Assembly (NCBI GenBank): GCA_037447605.1
Contig: CM074808.1
Coordinates: 3,844,001-3,908,000 of the forward strand
DNA: 64,000 nt
Source: Zygnema circumcarinatum SAG 698-1b
Taxonomy: Eukaryota; Plantae; Zygnematophyceae
Reading direction: 5' to 3'
Under the pieces are notes generated by a model. That model saw only the letters and a list, made by a program, of their open reading frames with translations. It was not told the DNA's origin and ran no database searches. Position numbers and translations under genes: made by a program. Numbering within the stretch: position 1 is the stretch's first letter; each line of letters starts with the position of its first letter. Below, one piece after another: positions 22,333-34,700 of this stretch.

Positions 22333-24549
22333 CTTCGACTCTAGTCCTTGAACCCTAAATCCTAAAACACGAAATTCCAAAGCCTAAATCCCAAGGGCTA
22401 AATCCCAAAGTCTAGATCCCGACAAAACCCTAATAAGGGTACAGAGCCGAGAAGCAGGGTTCAGGGTTGAAGCTGAAATGGGTACCTAGAAAGAAATTAA
22501 AATGATAAAAAAAAAGGGTCGAAAGCATAATAAGATAGGATTGTTTCTTAAGTTTTATAGGGCTCGCAAAACCTTGAACCGCGTTTTAAAAACTTTCGAC
22601 ATCCAGCAATGCAGCCCCTGCACCTCCGTACATTCTTAAACCCTAAACCCTTCAACGCCCCGAATGGTTCAATATGTTCGTTCTGCGCTGCACTCGGTTT
22701 GAATGTGAGGCCGCGCGGGAGAGAGGGAGAGAGTGTGGGGGAGAGAGAGGGAGAGAGAGGGAGAGGAAGAGAGGGAGAAGAAGAGAGTGGGAGAGAGAGA
22801 GGGAGAGAGGGAGAGGGAGAGGGAGAGGAAGAGGGACAGGGAGGGGGAGAGGGAGGGGGAGAGGGAGGGAGAGAGGGGGAGAGGGAGAGGGAGTGGGAGA
22901 GAGAGGGAGAGGGAGAGAGGAAGAGGGAGAGGGAGAGAGAGGGAGAGGGAGTGGGAGAGGGAGAGAGAGTGGGAGAGGGAGAGGGAGAGAGAGAGGACGA
23001 GCGAGACAGAGGGAGAGGGAGAGGAAGAGGGAGAGGGAGGAGGGAGAGGGAGAGGGAGAGGGGGAGGGAGAGAGAGAGGGAGAGGGAGAGGGTGAGAGTG
23101 AGGAAGAGCGAGACAGAGGGAGTGAGAAGGAGAGAGAGTGATGGTCAGAGAGGGAGAGGAAGTAAGACAGGGATAGGGCGCGAGAGTCGAAGAGGGAGAG
23201 CAAGAGAGGCCACGTCGGTGTGTTTCGTCCTTTTTCTAAACTCGCTGACAAAAGAGTACGGAATAAGCACGCTACGTGACAAGCCGGTCCGCTCCCGGTC
23301 AACGCCCTTATTCGCAGCTTGCGACTGTTATGGTACGAATATTGGAAAGTATCGTTTAGTATCGCGTGTATCGAATTTTGCTCATAGACGTTTGGTCCTA
23401 AACTCTTTAACTTTGGCGAGTGCTTCGGTAAAGAGAATGTGACTTTATGGAGGACCTACTGTACTTACGGCCGTTCCGGACTTCAAGGGTTCGGCGGAAT
23501 GCGCAGCCCCGCTGACGACACGCCGGCCAATCAGGTGCGACCAGCTGGACTTGATGGCGACACATTTGAGTCCTTCCAGGATGCCAGCTGCCCAGCCGGG
23601 CGGTATGTTTTGTCGTATGAGGAAGCAGACTGTGCGCGGTCGAGACCGACCAGGATGTGGCCTAGCGCTTTTCGTTTCGTCTTGTCATAAAAAATAAAGG
23701 GGGGGACAAAGGAGAAATCTGATTACAAAAGACGTACTAATTATTTTCACATTTATATAGATTATAATTCTGAATCAGTACTCAGATAACAAAGTTTTAA
23801 TTTTTGTTTTTTACATTCGTAGGCGATGAATGAGTACCGCAAAATTCCAAACAGACGGCGGTCTTTCGCTCTTGATACGACAAATGAGACCGCCAGACTG
23901 GTCAGCCGGCAACTGTACGAATAGTGTACCCACGGTCAGAGAAATTCATAATCGCCACCTGGCGACACCTCATTGGATGATTTGGTCACAATTGTTTCGG
24001 CTGTTTTGTCGGTTAAAAAGCTTCCAAGAAGGACGATCTGATCTCAAATCTGTAATTTTTTACGATACGATTGTCGCACTTTCCAAAAATCGCGGAAGAT
24101 CTCAATAGATTCTTGGTCATCAGCGCCAGTCAAATCTTGAAAATCCTCCACAATATAAAATCTGAAACTAGTACTACAATTCTACCAAAAGCATTTTAAT
24201 TACTCAAAATCATTACGTATTTCGAACAAACGCCACTGATTATTTTTCACAATTGACAATCGAGACATCAGACTCAAACAAAACAGTTTATAATGCTTAA
24301 ATCAAAAGTAGTACTTTGGTAACGTTGTGATCTCACTACAAAAGAGTACTTCCTCAACTTCGCCAATTTTAAGTCTGCGACCCCCCCGGTCCCCCTCCCC
24401 CTCAAAAACCCTGCTGTCGGAAAAACGACACTGTAACACCGGCTGCCGCCCATGTCTTTTGTCGTTTTTGCCACGATTCACGGATTTTCGGCCACGGCCG
24501 TGCGCCCGACCATTGGTACGTTTAGGGTTTCGGGAGTCGGTCAGGACCC

Positions 24550-24700
24550 GGGTCCAAGACTAGGGTTAGGGTTAGAATTAGGGTTAGGGATTGCTAGGGT
24601 GAGGGTTCCGGAGCAGGAGGTTAGGGTTAGGGTTAGGGTTCAGGAGCAGGAGGTTAGGGTTGGGGTTAAGGTTAGGGTTAGGGTGAGGGCTGTAGGGTGG
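24550..24700. repeat. (GGGTTA)n-like telomere-type repeat upstream of LRR-RLK-1
   Basis: Runs of agggttagggttagggtt. Confidence 0.7.
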
Positions 24701-25472
24701 ATTAGGGTCGATCTGCAACGCGAGGTGGAGGAAGGGGAGTTGAGGAAGGCAGAAAGGTGGGCAAGGGGCTGGGACTCTCTCTCCCTCTCTCTCCCTCTCT
24801 CTCCCTCTCTCTCCCTCTCCCTCCCTCTCCCTCCCTCTCTCCCTCTCTCCTTCTCTCTCCCTCTCTCCCCTTCGCTCTCCCTCTCTCTCCCTCTCTCTGT
24901 GCTTCTATATCTGTGTGATGTGACGGCGTGGGAGGGAGGGGCGAGAGCGGAGATGGCTGGAAGGCCGTGAATGTGGGAGGGAAGGAGACGGAGAAGAGGG
25001 GTAGGGGGAGAGGGGACGAGAGGGAGGGAGGGCGAGGGAGGAAGGGAGAGAAGAGAGAAAGAGAGAGAAGCGAAGGGAGAGGGAGAGGGGGCGTAGGGGA
25101 GAGTGGTAGAAGGGGTAGCGGGAGAAAGTGGGAGAGGGGAAGGAATGGGAGGGGGAGGGATAGGGAGAAGTGGGGGAGAGGGAGTAACGAGGGGAGAGCG
25201 ACGTCGAGAGAGGGAGAGGGAGGGAGAGAGTGAGGGAAAGGCTCGGCTGAGATCCAGATCAAGAAGTGGCAGCACTTAACGTTAAAGGGAAAAATGTAGG
25301 GAAAGGGTGAGAGAGAAAAGGAGAAAGAATGGGAGGGAGGAGGGGCTGTGAGTTCAATGGAGGGGAGGAGAGAGTTTAGTAAAGGGTAGAGGAATTGAGG
25401 GGAGGGAGGAGCTGAGAGAGAGTAGGGGGAAGAGAGAGAGAGTAGGGGGAAGAGAGAGAGAGAGAGAGGGAG

Positions 25473-25507
<35 letters not shown>

Positions 25508-25714
25508 GAGAGGGGGAAATCTCAACAGTCGGGGCATCAGATGCAGCATCGGAGGTGTCCGGTGTTAATTTCCTTAAGAAATATGCAAAATTAATGCTGG
25601 AAAATCATTCACGACATTGGCATAATTTGAACAGCAAATTTTACTCATTTATAAGATCTGTTTTTTCGTTTTTTCTTCGCTTTTTTTTTTTTTTCTTGCA
25701 GAAGATAGAAGGCC

Positions 25715-28700
25715 ATGGGGAGACGTAGAGGGTGGCGGCACGGCTTTCGGTTTTGTTTTATTCTCACTTTGATGCTCCAACTGTTCCATGTTCACGCGCC
25801 GCCCCCAAATGAATCTCAAAGTGAGGTTCCATGTCTCCTTTCCGTTGATGTTTTCATTATGAATCTTCGAACGGCAGGAGCACTTAATTTCACAGTTTTG
25901 AAGTGTTGGGAGAGAGGAGAGAGAGCGGAGGAGAGGAGGGAGTGAGGAGAGATCTGGAAGAAGGGAGGGTAGAGAAAAGAGGAGAGGGAGGGAGAGAGTG
26001 AGGGTGGGGGAAATACCAGGAGAGAGGGCGAGAGAGGAAGGGAGGGTCGGACGGAAGGAGAGCGAAAACGACATTTTTAGAACTCTGATGGGTAAAAAAT
26101 GGCAGAAGGCCGAGGTACTAGACAAGCGGAGTGGCTTCGTGGGAAACATATTTAAAAAAAAAAAAAGGATCTTCGGATGTAAGAATCCGGATGCACGGGA
26201 ATGTATTACGTTTTTTCCAGATTAATAATTTATTTATTGTTGATGTGCTTATTTTCCCGCGTTCGGGCAGGGCAAATTTTGGACCTTTTAGCGGCGGCGT
26301 GGCAGGGCGCGGACCTGGCCGGGTGGGGGGGGGCGCTCGACTGCTCCGATTGGGAGGGCCTGCAGTGCGACGAGGAGGGGAACGTGCTGCAGCTGTGAGA
26401 GGGGGAGGGAGAGGGGACGGAGGGANNNNNNNNNNGGGAGAGATGGAGGGATGGCGGGAGAGGGGGAGGGAAGGTGGAGGGAAGAGGGTTGGAAGAGAGG
26501 GAGGGGAAAGGAAGAGAGGGAGGGAGGGAGGGAGAGAGAGAGGGAAGGTGGAGGGAGAGAGGGAGGGGGAGGCAGCGAGGGAGGGGGGGAGGGAGAGATG
26601 GAGGAGAGCGGGAGGGCAGATGGTTGAGAGGGAAGGGGGGAGGGGGGGAGGGAGGACGAGATGGGAGGGAGTGATCAATGGTGGTGGGGAGAGGAAGGGT
26701 GTGGGGGAGGGAGAGAATGAAGGGGGAGGGAGAGAGGGAGGTGGGTTGGGAGGGTGGGGAGGAGGGACAGCGGAGGGCTGGAGTAGGCGGGAGGAGGGGA
26801 GGGAGGGAGGGAGGGAGGGAGGGAGGGAGGGAGAAGGAATGGGATGGGGGGAAGGAGGGAGGGATGCAGGGAGCAGGCAGGCAGGCTGGTGATGACGATG
26901 GATAGGGGGTGGAGAGAATGGGCGGCGGGAGGGCAGGAAGAGGCGGAGGGCGAGGAAACGGGAGGTGGGGGAAGGGCACGGGAGAGGAAGATGGAGAGGG
27001 AGAGAGAGGGAGAGGGAGAGGGAGAGGAGAGGGAGAGGGAGAGGGAGAGGGACAGGGAGAGGGAGAGGGAGAGGGAGAGGGAGAGGGAGAGGGAGGGAAA
27101 GACATGAACGTGACCGTGAGACAGCGGAAAGGTCGGTCGGCTGACGCGTGGCAGTGGGAGGCTCTGCAGAGACCTGTACGGCGACTCTCTGATTGGTCCG
27201 ATTCCGCCCATTTTGGGGTCCCTCGAGCATCTGGAAGTGCTGTAAGCCCACCACCCACTGTGCAAGCAAAATCTCTCTCTCTCTCACTCTCTGTCTCTCT
27301 CTCTTTCTTTCGCGCACTCTCTCTCTGTGTCTTAGTCTCTCTCTCACTCTCTCTCTCCGCCTTTTCTCTCTTTCCGTGTCTTTCACTCTCTCTGCCGTTT
27401 TCTCTCTCCCACTCTCTTTCGCTCACTCTTTTCCCTCGTCTTTGTCTCTCGCTCTGATTTCTAACTTTTCTGTTTCGTTTTTTTTTATTTTCCTCGTTTC
27501 AGGAGACTCGAATCGGCTTCTTTGACTGGGGAAATTCCGAAAGAAATTACACAATTGAATAATTTAAGAAAATTGTGAGTGCCGGGAAAACCCTAACCTT
27601 TTGTCTTTTTCCTGAATGCCCTAAATTTGTAACTTTTCACCGAACCCTACTTTTCTTTCAGCAGTTGTTTCAGCATGATGCCAAGAAAAGAGTCGCATTT
27701 TTTTTCTACTTACATTTCACATGGTTTTTTTTTTTTGGCCTTTGTATTAACGTGGTTTGATTCTCTTTTTTTTTTTCCTTTTTTCCTTCTCTTGAGCAGA
27801 ACTTTGAGCGGAAACGACCTCTATGGGAGCATTCCGGACGGGCTCGGACGCAACCAATCGCTCGTCCTCATGTAAATTTCGATCTTCCAAACCCAAACCC
27901 AAACCCTAAACCCTAAACCCTAGACCCCAGACCCTAGACCCTAGACCCTAAACCCTAAACCCCTAAATCCCTAAACCCTAGACCTTAAACCCTAAACCCA
28001 AACCCTTAACCCTAAACCCTAAACCCTAGACCCTAAACCCTAAACCCCTACATCCCTAAACCCTAGACCCTAAACCCTAAACCCCTACATCCCTAAACCC
28101 TAAACCCAAACGCTAAACTGTAGACCCAAAAACCCTAAACCCAAAACCCAAATCCTACACCGTAGGCCCTAAAACCCTCCCCACCCAATTCCTCAACCCT
28201 ACACCCTTAAACCCTGAACCCAAACCCTAAACCCTTGACCCCAAAACCCTAAACTAAAACCCTAAACCCAAGCCTTAAACCCTAGACCCTAAAACCTTAA
28301 ACCCAAACCCTAAACCATAAAATCCTAAATCCTTAAACCTTAAACCCTAAACTTTAAAATCTTAAACTCTAAACCCCTAAAACCCTAACCCCTAAACCCT
28401 AACCCCTAAACCCTAAGCCTTAAACCCTAGACCCTAAATCCCTACGACGTAAAGCCCAATTTTGAACCCTAAACCCTGAAAATCCTAAACTCTAAAACCT
28501 CAATCCCTAAAAACTGAACCCTAGTCACAACCATAAGAACCCTTAAAATCCTAACCCCCATTTTTTTTTTTTGGGTGGGGGGGCAGAGATTTGAGCTTCA
28601 ACATTCTCTCAGGGAGCATTCCGGACAGTCTTGGAGACGCGTTGGAGCTGGAATTTCTGTGCGATCCAAACCCTAAAAAACCCTAAACTCTGCAAACCCT

Positions 28701-31700
28701 AGAAACGAGCCTTTCTCCCTTCAACCCTAAATGTATGGAAGGATGAACTCGGGAAGGAAACCACGAGTGAAAGTGAAGTGACTAACGATCTTTTTCCCCC
28801 TTTTATTTTATTTTTTTCCAGATATTTAAACAATAACAATCTCAATGGGTCCATTCCGGCATCGTTGGGCGGCCTTCTCCAACTTGCGGATGCGTCGGTG
28901 CCCTTGGCCCCCTCACCTCTTCCTAAACCCTAAACCCTGCATCGGAATTGCAATGCGTTCATATGTTAAGTGAAACCAATCATAGCTTGCCACGTTTGCA
29001 TGTGTGCTGACGTGGCGCGTTGTGATTGGTTCTACACGTACAAAGTGCTCTCAATGGAGTAGTGCACCTAGCATTGTTTTTTGTTGATGTATCTTGCGCA
29101 TGCATGCGTGCCTGTATGCTTATGTGCATATGTATGGATTTGCACTTCAACTCACATGCATGCATACATGCATGAACATCGACACATGGAAATGCATTTT
29201 TTCTGTGTACAAGATTACATTGTACATACGTATATGTATCCTCCCTCCCTCCCTCCCTCCCTCCCTCCCTTATACATATATCTACATCCATATAAAGATC
29301 ATGGATACAGGACCACATGTATACAGCCTTCATGGGCGTACATGCTTCTATATTCACATGTACCCATGTGAACATACACACATACACACATACATACCCA
29401 TCCCATGTTGTTGGCTATGCTCACACCTTAAAGCTGCTTAGAATGCCAAAACCTCCATTGGCTCTCATGTTTGCATGTTCGCTCGTGTGTCTGCAGAAGG
29501 CTTTCTTCAAACTATCTCATCGGCAGCATTCCGGCAAACATCGGAAACCTAATAAAGCTGACCATTTTGTAAGCTGCCGAAAGCTTTTCGCAGCTAAACT
29601 TGGTTTTGAAAACTTAGGTTGTTTTTGGATGTTTGAGATTACAATTCTGGTGACTTAAGAAAACGTTTTTTTCCAGAAATTTGAGAGAAAACCGGTTGGA
29701 AGGCGAAATCCCGGAGAGCATTGGCAGCTGCACGGCCCTCACGCAATTGTGAGTGGTTTCAACCTTTTAAGATTTTCAGATTTCTCAGGGTTTCAAGAGT
29801 TTAGGGTTTGAGGATGTGACTTTAGGGGGCTCAGTGTGTTAAGGGGATTGAGGATTTAGGGTTGTGATCCGCAGTTTACAAAGGAGATTTTGGACCGAAA
29901 TTTCCATGACTTAAGAGTTCTGAGAGAGGGAGAGGGAGGAGATGAGAGACAGGGAGTGAGAGGGGAAGAGGAAGAGATAGAGAAAGAGAGAGGGAGCGGG
30001 AGAGATAGAGGGAGAGAGATATTCACTAATGTAACACTTGAGGGCTGTTATTGTGGTACTTTTGCCTTTCTCGACATCGTTTGTAATATTTTCTTTCGTT
30101 TCTTTTGCTGTTTTGAATTTAAAAATTCTGAATGGCGTTGCAGGATTCTTGACAAGAACATGCTCAGCGGACGAATTCCGAACTCCATTGGATCGCTCAC
30201 AAGACTTGTTGACTTGTCAGTGCTTGAACGCCACTTCTCTTTACCGCTCTTTCTGCTTCTCTCCTTTCTCGTCTCCTCTCTTATTTCCGCTTCGCTACTC
30301 TCCTCTTCTCCTCTACTCTCTCCTCCCTCCCCCTTTCCTCCTCTCCTCTCGTCTTCTTTTTTCTTCGCTCTCCTCTTCCCCCTCTCTTCCTGTCCTTTTC
30401 TCCGCTCTCCTCTCCATTCTCCTCCCTCTTTCCAGTCTCCTCTCTCTTCGCTCCTCTCCTCTCCCTCTCTCCTCTTTCCTCCCTCTTCCCTCCCTCTCGC
30501 CGTCTCTCATCTCTTCCCTCCTCTTCTCTCTCCTCTCCTCTCCTCCTCTCTCCCCCCTCTCTCCTCCGTCCCCCCCTCACCTCTCCGCTCCTACCTCAGA
30601 GTGAAACCTTACATCTCAATGAAAGGCTCGATACTGAACCCTTAGTGCTGGTTTTGTACTCCAACAACCCTTCAACCCTAACTTCCTAATCCTCACATGG
30701 AACTCCTCCCTTAAAATCCCGACCCTTACATTGTCAACCCTCTAGTTATTCGTTTATTTATGTATATTTTTCTGATTTTTGCGGGCCTGCAGGCAGCTCA
30801 GTTTCAACAATTTTTCGGGCCCTTTCCCTCCAACCATTGGCCTCCTGCAAAGCCTGACTCAGCTGTAAGAGGCTTCACCCCATTTTCTATTTCTGTATAA
30901 TTTATTTGACGAATCAAAGTTTTATTCATTCTAGCACTTCTTCGTAAGCTCTGCCTGCTTCCTTCCTTCCCTCTCTCGCTCTCATCTCTCTCCCTCCCTT
31001 CCTCGATCTCTCTTTCCTCAAGACTCGGCTTATCCGCTTTCTTTTTCCTTTGACTTATTTTCAGTTCTTGTCTTCTCTTGGTGCAGAGACCTGCAATCTA
31101 ATTTTTTCTCAGCCGAAATTCCCTCCGAAATCGAGCAGCTCACTTCTTTGGAGCAGCTGTTAGTACTACCTCCCTCCCTCCCTCCCCCCCTCCCTCCTGA
31201 ACTGCTGAAGATTGTGTGAACAATACTGTTCTAAACTTCTGAGAAAGAGGGAAAAACTGGCTTGCAACGTATTACTTCCGTGTTGTCAGGAACGCGATTG
31301 AATGTTTTTTTCCTCCCCCGATGTAAATATCATCCCTTACATTTTTGTGGAGAACTGATTCCACAGGTCCCTCTCTGCAAATTGCTTTAGCGGGAGCATT
31401 CCGCAGAGCATCACCAACCTCACAAAGTTACAGAGCTTGTGCGGGCCTCTCCCTCCTCTCCCTCCTCTCCTTCCTCTCTCTCCGTACCTTCTATTCGTTT
31501 CTTACCACTCGGCACCCTCCTCTCACTCATTCCCTAGCTCTCTTCGCCCTCCTCTTCCTCTCGTTTTCCTTCCCTTTTTTTCCAATCTTTCTCGTCGCTT
31601 TCTCTCCCTCTCTCTCTCTCTCTCCCACTTCCCCCCCTCTCTCTCCTCAACACAACTACAGCATAGTGACCATTCCTCATTTTTCCACTTCAACCTTTGA

Positions 31701-34700
31701 GATGTGCCTGGACTTACATTTTTCTTATTGCTTTCGTGCCCCCGCAGGATTGCCCGGGAGAATCATCTTTCGGGCACTTTGCCGAAAAAAATGTTCCAAA
31801 TGACCGCCCTCACAACGCTGTGAGTTTCTACTACTGAACCCTAAGTTTTCCATGTGCTGAATCTATGGTACATTTTTTCTGGTTGCGCCTTTGTACAATT
31901 TATGGCTACTCTAACATAAAAAAAAATTCACATTTCCTTCCCTTCCCGCCAACCCCTTCCCCTCTTTCCGCACCGAAAATCTCCTTCTCCTTCTCCTTCA
32001 CCCCCAATTTTCAAGTTCCTTGTTTTTTTATGGGAGCAGAGATCTGCATCGTAACTTTATTGAGGGCGAACTTCCATCTGACATTTCACCTAATATTGAA
32101 TATATGTAAGTGGTTTTAGCCCTTCTTTTCTTTAAACCTTGTGCTTCGACCCGCTCCTGCTTTCTTTCTCTCTCTCTCTCTCGCTCTCACTGTCATTCTG
32201 TCCGGTTTATTTTGCATATTTTTCGTTCTCATTGCTTTTGTCTGTCCCCAGTTTGTTCTAACGAGTGAACTTTTGTTGCTTTTGTGAAACAGAGATTTGG
32301 GTAGAAATAATTTTTCAGGGACGATTCCGAAGGAATGGTTTTCACTCTCTCAAATCACACAAATGTAAGATGCCATTTTTTAAAAACCTATTCTTTTTGG
32401 CAATTCTTTCAAGCTGGCGTCCATAACCTTTCCAGTATTCTTTTTCCTGTCCCATTCCCCCTCTTCTTTCCCTTTACTTATTTTTTCTTTTGTTATGGTG
32501 GGGCGGGGGGGAGATAATTACTTTATCAGCAAAGCATCAATGAACCGTTTGGTTGGCACTCTTCCTTCGGAGATAAATAATCCGACTCTTCTCAAACTGT
32601 GAGTAGGAGGAGAGAATTGGAGAACCTGAGGCTCCTCCCGCTCTCCCATCCTCCCCCTTCCTCCATCCGTCCCTCCCTCCGTCCGTCCGTCCCTCCCTCC
32701 CCCTCTCACTCCCTCTCCCTCTCTCTCTGTCTATTCACAACTCCCTCTCCCTCGTCTCTCCCTTCCCCTACCCCTACTATCCTCCTTCCACTCTCAGCCC
32801 CCGTCTCCTCTCCCCTTCGCGCCCTCCTCCACCCTCTCGTTTCATCCTCTCTATTCCCACTCCTCGTTCCTCTCTTCCCTTCGGACCTCCTCGCTGTCCC
32901 CTCCGTGCTCTCTCCTCCCACTCGACTTCTCCCTCGCCCACCTTTCCTCTCCTCCTTCTCTGAGCCTCCCTCTCCTCTTCCCTCCTCTCTCTTCCCTCTC
33001 CGTTCCTCCCTCTCTTGTCCCCTCTCCCTGCTCTCTCCGCTTCCTCTCTCTCCCCCAACTCTCCTCCGCTATCCTGTACCATCTCCCCTCTCCCCTGGCT
33101 CCTCTCACCTCCCTGCACTCACCTCCCTCTCCTCTCCTCTCTCCCTCCCCCCCTCCCCTCCCAATATTTTGCCAAAAGTGGACTCATTTTATCGTGGGTG
33201 TGTGTAAAGAATGTATACACAAGATTGAAGTCTTTAACATAATTCCTTTTTGTTTACTTTCTACAGGGATTTTTCATGGAACAATCTGACCGGAAATTTC
33301 CCGAGAAATATCACTCCGTCTCTCATTTCGATGTGAGTTTCTTTCTTAAAGCAGCCCGGATTCGTTTTTGGCTGACCATTTTGCGTGATTTTGACATACC
33401 GTTTGAGATGTTTCCGTTGGCGGGCATTGCAGAGATTTTGGAAGAAATAACCTTTCTGGGCCGCTTATTTTCAACTCTACCACTGAGAAGAAACTAAATC
33501 TTCAAACCTTGTCAGTTTTTTTTCCCATCAGAAAGCCTTGTTTATCGAAAAAAATCAATACCGGTCTTGCTTGAATTTAGAGAGCTGTCTTCAAATGGCT
33601 TTATTGTGATGATCCATCCGACAAAGATTTTGGAAAACAGGCAATTCGTGACACATCCTAAATCTAATCAGGGAGGGGAAGGGAGGGGAGGGAGAGGGAC
33701 GAGGAGGGAGGCGAGGGAGGTGGAGGAGAGGGGGGGAGAGGGTGGGGGAGGGAGTGGGGGGAGGAGAGGAGGAGAGTAGGAGAGAGAACACTCTAATTCG
33801 GGAAGGGGAGAGTGTGCCGGGGACGGGACGGGGAGGGTGGAGGGCGGAGAAGGAATGGGGGGGAAGGGGGCGGGGTAGGGAGGAGGAAGGAGGGAGGAAG
33901 GAGGGGGTGGAGGAGGGGGAGGAGGTGGGGGGAAGGGGGAGTGAAGGGGAGGAGGTGGAGGAGAGGAGAAGAAGGGCGGGGTGGGGGGAAAGTGGGAGGG
34001 ACGAGGAGGGAGAGGTGGAAGGTGGCGGAAGAGGGGGGGGAGAGTGTGGGGGAGGGAGTGGGGGGCGGGAAGGGGAGGAGGTGGGGATGAGGAGAGGTGG
34101 GGAGAGAGTGTGAGAGTACAGACATACTGCCGCTCGCCATAGAGTGCGATGCTCCCTATCTCAACTTCTAACCTTCATGCTCATTTCCTTTGNNNNNNNN
34201 NNCCCCCCCCCCCCCCCCGTTCTATGTGCTGCAGACTGTTGTCATGGAATCAGTTCAACGGAACGGTCCCCGACATTCTCTCCGTAGCTCCCGACCTTGC
34301 CTGCACCACTCTCCGCTATAACCAATTTTCCGGAGAAGTTCCGCCCTCGTTAGTCAACACCTCCTCGGACATCACCGTGCAGTAAGCCTATCAGAAACTC
34401 TAAAATCCTTAGTGACCGTAAACCTAAAAATATAGTTTCAAAAAAAAAAAAGAAAAAAACTATAACCCGAAAGACCCAAAAAGGCTATATAGTCGCACGA
34501 ACCCTACCGTTCTCACAGCTATAAATCTGTCTTTTAATTACGAATATGTGTTTTTTTTCCTGCCCGCAGACTGGCAGGAAACCCCCTCTGCAATTCGACC
34601 GAAAATTTGCTCGACAGACCGACCCAAATTGCGTGTATATTCATGAATTTATCGAAAGGTTTTGTGGCAAAGCCTTTCTGTGCGAACGGATTGTGCGCAG

